A stretch of 64,000 bases of DNA from an uncultured Spirochaetota bacterium (GTDB taxonomy: Bacteria > Spirochaetota > UBA4802 > UBA5550), in contig CALMRZ010000017.1 in assembly GCA_937872225.1 (NCBI GenBank), positions 30,325 through 94,324 on the forward strand, given 5' to 3'. Of the stretch, positions 1 through 9,712 are shown piece after piece; position 1 is the stretch's first letter; each line of letters starts with the position of its first letter. The translations under genes and the position numbers were made by a program. The notes beneath the pieces are model-generated. The model did no database searches and was not told where the DNA came from. It saw nothing but the letters and a program-made list of their open reading frames with translations.

Positions 1-397
1 GGAATCAGTGCGTCTTGAAGAGTCCGATGTCATTATCTCCGCGGGCCGGGGTATCGGCGCACCGGAGAACCTGGAACTGGTGCGGGCGGTGGCCAGACTG
101 TTTCCCAACTCCGCCGTCGGCGCGTCCCGTATCGTCTGCGACCAGAAATGGATACCCTACGCCCACCAGGTGGGCGTCACGGGCAAGACCGTCGCACCGA
201 AACTGTATATGGCCTGCGGCATTTCCGGGGCCCAGCAGCACATAGCCGGCATGAAGGGATCGCAGCTTATCGTGGCCGTCAACACGGATCCCCGGGCCGC
301 GATCTTCTCCATTTCGGATTACATCATTATCGAGGACCTGAAGACATTCCTGCCCCTGCTCATCCAGAAGCATGAAGAACTGTATAAACAATCATAA
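1..397 (+). CDS. etfA: Electron transfer flavoprotein alpha subunit, C-terminal part (gene starts upstream of window)
   Basis: ORF open from the window edge. FAD-binding C-terminal signature 'SAGRGIG...VGASR...WIPYAHQVGVTGKTVAPKLYMACGISGAQQHIAGM' is typical of EtfA. Confidence 0.8.
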   Translation, partial: ESVRLEESDVIISAGRGIGAPENLELVRAVARLFPNSAVGASRIVCDQKWIPYAHQVGVTGKTVAPKLYMACGISGAQQHIAGMKGSQLIVAVNTDPRAAIFSISDYIIIEDLKTFLPLLIQKHEELYKQS

Positions 398-528
398 ACC
401 GATTTTTTACAGAATCTGTCAACAGGCATCCCGCATACTGGTTTTCTCCGGTAAAATTTACTGGACAACGGGAGTCTCAATTTTACCAATGTAATTACCA
501 TACCGGGGACGCACCGAAGGACAACGCC

Positions 529-1992
529 ATGACACACAACCCTCTCAACGAAATCATGAACGCCCGCTCCATCGCCTTTTATGGAGCATCGAACAACCTT
601 TCAAAAATGGGTTCGAGCCAGCTCGTCACCCTTCTCTGCAACGGCTACCGCGGCAGGATCTATCCCATCCATCCGTCCGAGCATTCCGTTTTCGGGCTCC
701 CGGCTTACAAGAAAATTTCCGATATCGGCGAACCGGTCGACTGCGCCGTCATCGTGCTACCGACAAAGCTGGTCCCCGCGGTGATAGAGGAGCTTGGCGA
801 AGCCGGGGTCTACCGCGCCGTGATCGTGACGGCCGGATTCAAGGAGGTGGGGTGCGCCAATCTTCAGCGAGAGCTGGACCGGGCAGCGCAGAAGGCCGGT
901 GTCCGCTACGTGGGGCCCAACTGCATCGGTGTCGCGAACCTCAGGGAACACTACAACATCACCGTGTTTCCCTTTGAAGGCGAGCCGGGTGTTATCGGTA
1001 TGCTTTCCCACTCCGGCACCTTCGTCACCCACGTGTTGCCCTACCTGCACGCCCGGCGGCTCAACTATGCCGAGGCCATAAGCCTCGGCAACGAGGGGGA
1101 CCTTGACATCGTGGACGGCCTTGACTACATGGCCGGCAGGGACACAATAAAAACCATAACCTGCTATATTGAAACCGTGCGCAGGGGAAGGGAGTTCATC
1201 GACAAGGCGGCCGAAGTATCGAAAATAAAGCCCGTCGTGGCACTCTACGCGAGCGGCACGGAAGCCGGGGCACGGGCAACGGCGTCGCATACCGCAGCCA
1301 TGGCGTCGTCTGAGGGCATCATGGACGGCGTCTTCCGCAAGACGGGCATCATCCGCGCCGCGTCCCTGGAGGAAATGTTCGATTTTTCCTGCGTCCTCTC
1401 CCGGTGCTCCCTGCCGGCGGGTAAACGCATCGGCATTTTGACCAACAGCGGCGGCCCCGGGGCACTCATGGCCGACACCGTGTGCCGCCTCGGCCTCGAA
1501 CTGCCCATGTTTTCCGAGGGACTCCAGGACGCCATCAGCGAATTCTCCCCCCACACCGCTTCACTCTCGAACCCGGTTGACTTCACCTTCATCAACAACT
1601 GGGAGGCCTTCTTCAGCAGGGTGCCGCTCATTATTGCCGAATCCGGAGAGGTGGATGTTCTACTTTTTTACGGGCTCTTCGGCATCGAGACCTTCCTTCA
1701 CTACCGCGACAACCCGGCAGTGGCCCCGTCTCTCGACCGCGCCATGATCCAGGCGACGCTGGGACTGGGAAACGCCCTGAAAGTAAAGATAGGGGACGCC
1801 CTTGCGGATCTGCCGATCCCGGTCATATGCTCCACCTTCCTTGATTTTAACGAACCGCTCATTGCCCACCTGGTCGAGCGGGGCATCCCCTTTCTTCCGA
1901 CGCCGGAACGGGCGGCCCGGGCAGCCGGGGCGCTGTGCCGCTATGCATCATGGAGAAGCCTCTGCGTCGAGGAGGACGCCGTGACTGTCTGA
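529..1992 (+). CDS. CoA-binding / ADP-forming acyl-CoA synthetase alpha-like protein
   Basis: N-terminal 'SIAFYGAS...MGS' CoA-binding Rossmann fold, 'RYVGPNCIG' and 'LSHSGT' succinyl-CoA-synthetase-like motifs. No ATP-grasp beta domain visible in this ORF. Confidence 0.65.
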   Translation: MTHNPLNEIMNARSIAFYGASNNLSKMGSSQLVTLLCNGYRGRIYPIHPSEHSVFGLPAYKKISDIGEPVDCAVIVLPTKLVPAVIEELGEAGVYRAVIVTAGFKEVGCANLQRELDRAAQKAGVRYVGPNCIGVANLREHYNITVFPFEGEPGVIGMLSHSGTFVTHVLPYLHARRLNYAEAISLGNEGDLDIVDGLDYMAGRDTIKTITCYIETVRRGREFIDKAAEVSKIKPVVALYASGTEAGARATASHTAAMASSEGIMDGVFRKTGIIRAASLEEMFDFSCVLSRCSLPAGKRIGILTNSGGPGALMADTVCRLGLELPMFSEGLQDAISEFSPHTASLSNPVDFTFINNWEAFFSRVPLIIAESGEVDVLLFYGLFGIETFLHYRDNPAVAPSLDRAMIQATLGLGNALKVKIGDALADLPIPVICSTFLDFNEPLIAHLVERGIPFLPTPERAARAAGALCRYASWRSLCVEEDAVTV

Positions 1993-2131
1993 ACAACGAC
2001 AAATACGGCCGCACTGTCCATATCACAATCATGCTGAATTATTAACGGGCATGGCCTGCGGCAGGCCGAAAAAATCCTTGCAATATCGCCACCCCGCGGC
2101 AACCATGCTGTTTTTATCAGGAACACAAGTC

Positions 2132-3709
2132 ATGGCAAAAAAAACAATTACCATATATGATACGACCCTTCGCGACGGGGCCCAGACCGTGGGAATATCC
2201 CTGTCCCTGCACGATAAGCTCTCCATCGCGGCCGCCCTTGACCGCCTGAAGATCGACTACATCGAAGGGGGATGGCCGGGGTCCAATCCCAAGGACGACC
2301 AGTTCTTCAGGGACATCAGGAAAGCAAAGCTCTCGCATTCGAAGATCGTCGCCTTCGGTTCCACCAAGAGGAGGAACGCCTCATGCCAGAGCGATCCCCT
2401 GATCAGGGCCCTGGTTGATTCCAGGGCCGAGATCGTTACCATCGTGGCAAAGACCTGGGATTTCCACGTGACCCGGGCGCTCAACATCGGCCTGAAGGAC
2501 AACCTTTCCCTGGTCTACGACACCATCGCCTACCTTAAAGACAGGGGCCTCCAGGTGTTCCTCGATGCCGAGCATTTCTTTGACGGCTTCAAGGCCAATG
2601 AAGACTATTCCTATCAATTGATGCGGAAAGCACACGAAGCCGGCGTAGACATGATCGTGTGCTGCGACACCAACGGGGGCGTTATGCCGGGCGAGGTCCG
2701 CAGCATCATCGAAAAGGTGTCCGGCGAAAGCACCATCCCCATCGGAGTTCATTTCCACAATGATGCCGGCGTGGCGGTGGCCAATTCCCTTGCCGCCGTG
2801 GAGGCGGGTGCCGTTTCAGTCCAGGGTACCGCCAACGGCTACGGCGAACGGTGCGGCAACACGAACCTGATGACCCTGATCCCCAACCTTGTGCTGAAAA
2901 TGGGGTATCACTGTTCCGCGGAAAAATCGCTCCGGCACCTCACCGAGGTGAGCCGCCTCATCAGTGAGACCGCGAACCTGGCCCATGACGAGCGAGCCCC
3001 CTACGTCGGGGACAATGCCTTCGCCCACAAGGGCGGCATCCATGTGTCGGCGCTCCAGAAAGACACCAGGACCTACGAGCATATTGAGCCGGACAAGGTC
3101 GGTAACTGGCGGAAGGTCCTTGTTTCCGAGCTCTCGGGCAAGAGCAGCATCCTTTTCAAGGCGAAGGAAATGGGGATCCGGCTGAAAAACCGGGTAACAC
3201 TTCCCGGCGAATTATTACAGAAAATCAAGAAGCTGGAAGAGCAGGGGTTCCAGTTTGAGGCGGCTGAAGGCTCATTTGAGCTCCTTATCCGGGAGGCAAA
3301 CGGCGAGTACCGTCCCTTCTTCAAACTCAAGGGGTTCCGCGTCATCAGCGAGATGGAGGGGTCCAGAAAACTCCTCTGCGAAGCGACCATCAAGGTTGAG
3401 GTGGATGGTAAAATCGAGCACACCGCCGCAAACGGCTATGGACCGGTGGAGGCCCTTGACAATGCCCTCAGGAAGGCGCTGGAAAAATTTTATCCTGAAA
3501 TTAAAGAGATACAGCTTTCGGACTACAAGGTCCGGGTCCTGAACGAAAAAAGCGGCACTGCCGCCGCGGTGCGGGTTCTCATTGACCAGAGACGTAAATC
3601 CGATCACTGGGGCACCGTCGGGGTATCGACGGACATCATTGAAGCGTCCTGGAAGGCCCTTGTTGACGGCATTGAATACATGCTGTTCAAGAACAAAAAG
3701 AAAAAATAA
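2132..3709 (+). CDS. cimA: (R)-citramalate synthase / 2-isopropylmalate synthase family
   Basis: 'ITIYDTTLRDGAQ' and 'IEGGWPGSNPKDDQFF' HMGL-like barrel, 'HFHNDAG', and a C-terminal LeuA-dimer-like regulatory domain. Start moved to the ATG at 2132 (MAKKTITIYD); the upstream in-frame extension has no homology. Confidence 0.75.
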   Translation: MAKKTITIYDTTLRDGAQTVGISLSLHDKLSIAAALDRLKIDYIEGGWPGSNPKDDQFFRDIRKAKLSHSKIVAFGSTKRRNASCQSDPLIRALVDSRAEIVTIVAKTWDFHVTRALNIGLKDNLSLVYDTIAYLKDRGLQVFLDAEHFFDGFKANEDYSYQLMRKAHEAGVDMIVCCDTNGGVMPGEVRSIIEKVSGESTIPIGVHFHNDAGVAVANSLAAVEAGAVSVQGTANGYGERCGNTNLMTLIPNLVLKMGYHCSAEKSLRHLTEVSRLISETANLAHDERAPYVGDNAFAHKGGIHVSALQKDTRTYEHIEPDKVGNWRKVLVSELSGKSSILFKAKEMGIRLKNRVTLPGELLQKIKKLEEQGFQFEAAEGSFELLIREANGEYRPFFKLKGFRVISEMEGSRKLLCEATIKVEVDGKIEHTAANGYGPVEALDNALRKALEKFYPEIKEIQLSDYKVRVLNEKSGTAAAVRVLIDQRRKSDHWGTVGVSTDIIEASWKALVDGIEYMLFKNKKKK

Positions 3710-3968
3710 CCTGTTCCCTGTTCAATATCGTTCCTCCGCAGGAAAAAAATCTTGCAATTAATCTTGTTCTGAATAATTAAGGAATGGAACGCAGCAACGA
3801 TTAAACCTTTCGCAAACGCATGCAGTCATAAACCGAACGGGGCTGTGGCATCACATCTCCCTCGAGGAGAGGGCCTTTTGATTGAACCATGGGCACGTAA
3901 GCTGAAGATTAGGATTTTGACGGATCTGTCAATAATTCTCTGAAAATATACATGAACGGCGATTGAAT

Positions 3969-5039
3969 ATGAAAAAAACCATGATATGCCTCGCAGCGAC
4001 GATACTCCTGACGACAGCAGGATCACCCGCCTTTACCTGGGAAACCTATGACAGCGTCATCGCAATAGTAAATGACATCTCCATCATTGAAAGCGAAATA
4101 GACAACAAGTTGAACCAGGTGATAAAATTTCAAAACATCCCCAGGACACGATACGCGTCCGAAAAAAGCAGAATACTCGATAAATTCATTGAAGACGCAC
4201 TGGTCATGCAGGCGGCAACTGAGGAAGCGATCGTCGTCGGTGACCGCCGGGTACTCAATCATATAGAGGAGATGATGAAGCAGTATCTGTCTACGAAAAT
4301 TCAGGACCCCAAGGAAGTGGAGAAGCTCGCGTCCAAAATGCTCAATCGCCTTGAAAAGCGGCTCAACGATGAGCCGATCATGGCCGACAAGGAACTCGAC
4401 GCCCAGATCGACACGTTCATCGGATTCCTCGAAGGGCGCGTTCATCTCGGCTTCAGGGAGTACTTCGAGGAAGTCCGCTCCCAGATAATGAGGGAACAGG
4501 TCATGTCCATTGCCATAGGCGTGTCGCCCCCGTCAAAAGAAGAGGCGATGGACTGGTACCGGAAGAACAGGAACAAGCTGGGCGACGAGGTATGGGTCAA
4601 GCATATTCTCATCAGGCCCGCCGGCAGTTCCTTTACCGCAGAGCGGGAAACCAACGAAAAGCTCAATTCCCTGCGGGAAAAGATCATGGCAGGCGAATCC
4701 TTTGAAAAACTCGCCCGCATGTATTCCCAGGACCCTGAATCAGCTGCCAGGGGAGGCGACCTGGGGTGGAAAATGCTCGCGGAAATGGACCCCTATTTCG
4801 CCGGGTACGTCAGCAACATACACGCCGCCGGCCAGGTTTCCCAGGTTTTTAAATCGAGCCAGGGTTATCATATTGTGAAGCTCATGGCACGGCGTCCTAT
4901 TACCTATGAAAAAGTCGAACGCCTGATCATGTACAAGCTCTATAACGAAAGCATGTTCCAGCAGTTCAAGAAATGGGTGTTAAAGAGAAAAAAAGAGTCC
5001 GATATACAGATTTTCATGAAAAATTACGTTGAAACGTGA
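3969..5039 (+). CDS. SurA-like periplasmic chaperone / parvulin-type peptidyl-prolyl isomerase
   Basis: N-terminal signal peptide (MKKTMICLAATILLTTAGS). C-terminal parvulin motif 'VKHILI...GGDLGW...SSQGYHIVKL'. Confidence 0.65.
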   Translation: MKKTMICLAATILLTTAGSPAFTWETYDSVIAIVNDISIIESEIDNKLNQVIKFQNIPRTRYASEKSRILDKFIEDALVMQAATEEAIVVGDRRVLNHIEEMMKQYLSTKIQDPKEVEKLASKMLNRLEKRLNDEPIMADKELDAQIDTFIGFLEGRVHLGFREYFEEVRSQIMREQVMSIAIGVSPPSKEEAMDWYRKNRNKLGDEVWVKHILIRPAGSSFTAERETNEKLNSLREKIMAGESFEKLARMYSQDPESAARGGDLGWKMLAEMDPYFAGYVSNIHAAGQVSQVFKSSQGYHIVKLMARRPITYEKVERLIMYKLYNESMFQQFKKWVLKRKKESDIQIFMKNYVET

Positions 5040-5065
5040 TTTCAACGAAGGAGCGGGGAAATTAA

Positions 5066-6541
5066 TTGAAATCTGATATTCTGCTCTACATAGATTCCGC
5101 AACCTCTGACAACGATCTCCGGTTTCTGGATTCATTCCTGCCCGAGTTGCTGGCCCAGCGGCTTCAGAAAATTGAAGCGGCCGGCGCCGTGTACTATTCG
5201 GTCCCTTCCGCTTATAATGGGAAGCTTTCCGGCAGCGCCGTCTGTTTCGTCCGCAGCGGCCATGATGACGTCGAATTCTGGAAAGACCTTTTCGCCAGGA
5301 CCGGGTCCGGTCATATCTGCAAGATCTACGCCGATTCCCCTTTCCTGGACCCCTCAATAATCCGGGAAATGATGGACCATCACCTGACGTACCTGGCGGA
5401 GTTCACCTTTTCGGAAAACCTCCCCGCCGGATTCTCCTGCGAAATCGTATCAAAGGAACTTATCAGCGCCATCCCCGATCTCAAGGAGAAGACCCTGCCC
5501 CTGTCACAGGTGATCAAGGCAAACCTTAACCACTTTGACATTGAGATATATTACAAAGACCCCGACATCCGCGACAAGCGCATATCCTTTCTGTCCAGCC
5601 GCCGCCGCGACGCACTTATCATGGAGCGTATATACAGCCTCGGCTCAGCCTTCCCACCTTATGAATCGATGAAAGGAATCATCGATGACCATCCGGAGGT
5701 GCTCCATATCGGGCCTTCCTATCTCGAGATAGAGCTCACCGGCAGGTGCGACCTGGAGTGCGTTTTCTGTTACCGAAATTTTCTCAAACAGCACCACGGC
5801 GACATGGACAAGGGACTGGTGCCGGCACTGCTTGAGCAGATGAAATCGTTCAATCTTCCCTATACCGTCTGCTTCGGCGGATCCGGGGAGCCCCTGATGC
5901 ATCCAAACATTTACGAGATCCTGTCCGCGGCGGAGAGCGACCCCCTGGTGGAGTCCGTCATTGTCGAGACAAACGGCCTCTATGCCGATGCAAACTACCG
6001 CACCCATATCACGAAGGATGGCGGCAAAATCAAGACCATCGTCAACATCAACGGGATGAACGCCGACACTTACGCCCGGCTCCACGGGAGGGACTGCTTC
6101 GAACGGGTTCACAGGAACATCCTGGGCCTGTCAGATGCGGCGCCCGGCCGCGTGTATATCCAGATAATGAAAATCAATGAAACCGAGCCGTTCCTGGACG
6201 CCTACTACGATTTCTGGGAAAAACTCAATATCCCCATCATTCTTCAGAAACAGAACACCTTTCTGGGAAGGATCGAGGACCGCCGGTATTCCGACCTGTC
6301 CCCCCTTGACAGGATCCCCTGCTGGCACCTCCAGCGCGACCTTTATATAACGGCGGACGGGATCGTCACCTTCTGCAAGCAGGACGTTGACGCCGTCAAT
6401 CCAGCTGGCACGCTACCAGCAACCACGCTGGCTGAAATCTGGGAAAAGAAAAAGCCGGCATTTATCAGCGATTACCGCAAGAAGTATCCCGCCTCCCCTG
6501 ACTGCGCCTCCTGCGATGAATGGTATACCTTCAATGCCTGA
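5066..6541 (+). CDS. Radical SAM / SPASM-domain protein with an N-terminal cytidylyltransferase-like domain ('spiro-SPASM'-like)
   Basis: TTG start preceded by GAAGGAG. CxxxCxxC cluster 'GRCDLECVFCY'. C-terminal Cys-rich SPASM-like region ('CWHLQRDLYITADGIVTFCKQD', 'CASCDEW'). The N-terminal ~200 aa align with the next gene ('ADSPFLDPSII...ENLPAGF'). Confidence 0.75.
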   Translation: MKSDILLYIDSATSDNDLRFLDSFLPELLAQRLQKIEAAGAVYYSVPSAYNGKLSGSAVCFVRSGHDDVEFWKDLFARTGSGHICKIYADSPFLDPSIIREMMDHHLTYLAEFTFSENLPAGFSCEIVSKELISAIPDLKEKTLPLSQVIKANLNHFDIEIYYKDPDIRDKRISFLSSRRRDALIMERIYSLGSAFPPYESMKGIIDDHPEVLHIGPSYLEIELTGRCDLECVFCYRNFLKQHHGDMDKGLVPALLEQMKSFNLPYTVCFGGSGEPLMHPNIYEILSAAESDPLVESVIVETNGLYADANYRTHITKDGGKIKTIVNINGMNADTYARLHGRDCFERVHRNILGLSDAAPGRVYIQIMKINETEPFLDAYYDFWEKLNIPIILQKQNTFLGRIEDRRYSDLSPLDRIPCWHLQRDLYITADGIVTFCKQDVDAVNPAGTLPATTLAEIWEKKKPAFISDYRKKYPASPDCASCDEWYTFNA

Positions 6542-6582
6542 TTCGGCTCAACCCCCGCAATGTCCGGTCCGATAATAACATC

Positions 6583-7326
6583 ATGAAAGCAACCGTTACC
6601 GCCATCATTCAGGCCCGGATGGGTTCCTCGCGCCTGCCCGGGAAGGCGATTCTTGACCTCGCCGGCCGGCCGCTCCTGTACCACGTGTTCCGGAGAATCC
6701 AGGCGACGCCGGGGGTCGACCGCATCGTGATGGCCACCTGCCACGGCTCCGAAAATGACGTTATCATACGCCTGGCCGAATCCATGGGGATTCTGGTCTT
6801 CATCGGATCGGAGGATAATGTGCTGGAGCGGTTCTATCTCGCATCGGAACGGTACGGCGGCGATTACATCATGCGCGTGACCGGCGACAACCCCTTCACG
6901 GACCCGGGCTACGCTGCTGAAACAATTCGGACGATAAGGGAAACAGGCGCCGACCTCTGCTATTTCCCGAACCTTCCCCTCGGCACCGGAGTTGGGATGT
7001 TGACCAAAGCGGCCCTTGATGCCGCCTACCGGCTGAGCGACCAGCCTTACCAGCGGGAGCACGTGACCCCCTACATCAAGGAACATCCCGAACGATTCAG
7101 GATCCATGTCCGCGACATAGCCCTGGACAACCCCCACCCGAACCTGCGCCTCACCGTTGACACGGCCGAGGATTATGAGGTCGCCCAAAAAATCTATGCC
7201 GGTTGTTATCATGGCGAGCCCTTCCCTCTGGGAGACGTGCTCCGCTTTATTGAAAAAAATCCCGATATCCCGGCCATAAACAGCGGCATCCAGCAGCGCC
7301 CCATGACGCACTCGAGCACGAAATGA
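6583..7326 (+). CDS. SpsF/NeuA-type cytidylyltransferase (glycosyltransferase family A fold)
   Basis: 'AIIQARMGSSRLPGKA' nucleotide-binding signature and 'RVTGDNPFTDP'. Start set at the ATG at 6583. Confidence 0.7.
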   Translation: MKATVTAIIQARMGSSRLPGKAILDLAGRPLLYHVFRRIQATPGVDRIVMATCHGSENDVIIRLAESMGILVFIGSEDNVLERFYLASERYGGDYIMRVTGDNPFTDPGYAAETIRTIRETGADLCYFPNLPLGTGVGMLTKAALDAAYRLSDQPYQREHVTPYIKEHPERFRIHVRDIALDNPHPNLRLTVDTAEDYEVAQKIYAGCYHGEPFPLGDVLRFIEKNPDIPAINSGIQQRPMTHSSTK

Positions 7327-8225
7327 TCAAACGCGAAGTGTCCATCGTCACCGGATGGGGGGGCCATCTCGGAACAGGCCATGTCCAGCGCATGGCGAGC
7401 CTAGCCTTTCATATCAACAGGCATACCCCGCTCAAGGCCTATCTTGTCTGCGAAAGAAAACCGGGGTTTCTCCCTGAATTGTTCGATGATTGTATCGTCA
7501 ATGCCATCAGGCCTGACAGCGCCTTCATTATCAGGGACAAGAGGGATTCAACCATCAGTGACATGGAGGCATTACAAAGCCATGGCAGGGTAATCGCCAT
7601 AGATGATTGCGGGCCCGGGAGGGGACAGGCCGATCTCGCCATCGATCTTCTGCCGAACCTGCAGTATTCCAGCTACGATAAGGATCTTTTTATCTTCGGA
7701 TTTACCTTCGCCGATTCAGTCATGAAGCTCGGCGTGCGCACCGTCACCAAGGACATAGATTTCGCCGTCTACTGCGGCATCAGCCCACCCCAGCGGACGA
7801 TTGCTGCCATCACTGCTCTGATACCTGTGAAATATTCCTATGCGGTCCTTGCCGGTGCAACTCAGACATTGTTCAAAGACGGAACAGCGGAACCCCTGAA
7901 TAAATCATACGCTGAAATACTGATGTCGTCAAAGGTCCTGATTACCCATTTCGGCATCACTCTTTATGAAGGCCTCATTTCCGGATGCAAAATCATTACA
8001 ATAAATCCCACTGAATATCATTCACGCCTGTCAGACATTGCCGGTGACGGCATTGATCTCGTCAACCTCGGTGTCATTGATGCCATCGATCCGTCTCAGG
8101 CGCGGTCCGCCATATCCGGCTCATTGACCGCCGTCGGCTCCAGCGCGGTTGCTCCACCTGAAATTAATGAAGCGATTAAAACAGGTTTGGACCTGTTCAT
8201 ATCACGTATTCGGCCCTTTTTTTAA
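7323..8225 (+). CDS. PseG/SpsG-like nucleotide-sugar hydrolase/glycosyltransferase (GT28 C-terminal-like)
   Basis: ATGA overlap with the upstream stop. 'GGHLGTGHVQRMASLA' resembles the PseG/SpsG 'GxGHxxRcxxLA' motif. Confidence 0.5.
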   Translation: MIKREVSIVTGWGGHLGTGHVQRMASLAFHINRHTPLKAYLVCERKPGFLPELFDDCIVNAIRPDSAFIIRDKRDSTISDMEALQSHGRVIAIDDCGPGRGQADLAIDLLPNLQYSSYDKDLFIFGFTFADSVMKLGVRTVTKDIDFAVYCGISPPQRTIAAITALIPVKYSYAVLAGATQTLFKDGTAEPLNKSYAEILMSSKVLITHFGITLYEGLISGCKIITINPTEYHSRLSDIAGDGIDLVNLGVIDAIDPSQARSAISGSLTAVGSSAVAPPEINEAIKTGLDLFISRIRPFF

Positions 8226-8321
8226 TGACATCATCCCATCCAATCCGAAAAAATAAAAAAATAATTGCATAAATTGCGCCGCGGGTTAATTTCAAGAAAG
8301 AAATTTTCCAAGGAGAATCAT

Positions 8322-8894
8322 ATGCAACAAACCGTTAGGGGACTGATGACCGTGTTTATTCTCGGAAGCATTCTTCTGGCCGGCTGCTTTACGACCGAAG
8401 GCAATGTTAAAACCATAACCTTCAATGACGGCTCAAAATATATCGGTGAAGTAATGGAGAACATGAAACATGGATACGGCAGGATGACCTGGGCCAACGG
8501 GGACCAGTATGAAGGACAGTGGGCAAATGACGCCATCAACGGAAAAGGGGTTTTTACCTGGGCCAACGGAGACCGCTATGACGGCCAGTGGGTGGCCAAC
8601 AAGCGCAACGGCCAGGGAACCATTGTGGAGAAAAACGGCAACAAGTACGAAGGCCAGTGGGTAAATAATCAGCGCAGCGGACAGGGAACCCTGACAAAGC
8701 CCAACGGCGAGACCTACACCGGGCAGTGGAAGAACGACGAGAAAAACGGGACCGGCACCTTTGCCTGGCCGAATGGTTCAAAATACGAGGGAGAATGGAA
8801 AGACGGCAAGCGCCACGGCCAGGGAATCATGACCGGCGCCACGGGCATTGTCGAAAAGGGCAAATTCCTGAATGATGTCTTCGTGGGAAAATAG
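8322..8894 (+). CDS. MORN-repeat lipoprotein
   Basis: AAGGAGA SD. Lipobox 'LLAGC'. About seven tandem 'GxGxxTWxNGDxYEGQW' MORN repeats, also visible as DNA-level repeats. Confidence 0.8.
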   Translation: MQQTVRGLMTVFILGSILLAGCFTTEGNVKTITFNDGSKYIGEVMENMKHGYGRMTWANGDQYEGQWANDAINGKGVFTWANGDRYDGQWVANKRNGQGTIVEKNGNKYEGQWVNNQRSGQGTLTKPNGETYTGQWKNDEKNGTGTFAWPNGSKYEGEWKDGKRHGQGIMTGATGIVEKGKFLNDVFVGK

Positions 8895-8905
8895 CTCTTA
8901 CCCCA

Positions 8906-9676
8906 ATGCAAAGAAAAATTTTTATAACGCTTCTCATGATCATTACCGCCGCGGGCGCTGCCCGCGGCGCTGGCATGTCTGAAAGATTCCAGGCGAGAAT
9001 ATTCAAAAGCAAAAAATACTCGACCCTGCCGTACCGGCTCCTGGTGCCGGTCAATTACGACAAAGGAAAAAAGTATCCCCTTGTTTTATTCTTTCATGGC
9101 GTGGGTGAGCGGGGCACGGACAATAAAATACAATTGTACTGCGGGCTTGATATCTTCGCCAATGAAAACAGGATGAAGCGCTATCCCTGTTTCATTGCAG
9201 CGCCCCAGTGTCCTGTCGAAACCAAGTGGGCGGAAGTGGACTGGAAGGCCGACCGCCACACCATGCAGAAAAACCCGACGCCGCCCCTGGCCATGTCAAT
9301 AGAATTAATCTCGGAGCTGGAAAAAGAATTCCCCATAGACAGCGGGAGGATCTATGTAACCGGCTATTCAATGGGTGGCTTCGCCACCTGGGAGGCCATA
9401 CAGCGGTGGCCTGGCCTCTTTGCAGCCGCGGTTCCCGTCTGCGGCGGCGGAGATGAAGCGCTGGCGCCACGCCTCGTGTCCATTCCCATCTGGGCTTTTC
9501 ACGGCGCCCTTGACAACCTGGTCAATGTCAGGCGTTCCCGGAACATGATCAACGCCATAGTCAGGGCCGGCGGCATGCCGCGGTACAGCGAGTATACCCT
9601 GGTGACCCACCTGAGCTGGAATTTCACCTATACCGATGAGGCAATGTTTGAGTGGCTTTTCAAACAAAAAAAATGA
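8906..9676 (+). CDS. Secreted alpha/beta-hydrolase (carboxylesterase/phospholipase family)
   Basis: Signal peptide. 'LVLFFHGVGERG', nucleophile elbow 'GYSMGG' and 'FHGALDNLV'. Confidence 0.65.
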   Translation: MQRKIFITLLMIITAAGAARGAGMSERFQARIFKSKKYSTLPYRLLVPVNYDKGKKYPLVLFFHGVGERGTDNKIQLYCGLDIFANENRMKRYPCFIAAPQCPVETKWAEVDWKADRHTMQKNPTPPLAMSIELISELEKEFPIDSGRIYVTGYSMGGFATWEAIQRWPGLFAAAVPVCGGGDEALAPRLVSIPIWAFHGALDNLVNVRRSRNMINAIVRAGGMPRYSEYTLVTHLSWNFTYTDEAMFEWLFKQKK

Positions 9677-9712
9677 CTTGTTATTTTACATTAAAAGGGT
9701 TAAAATAGCCCC

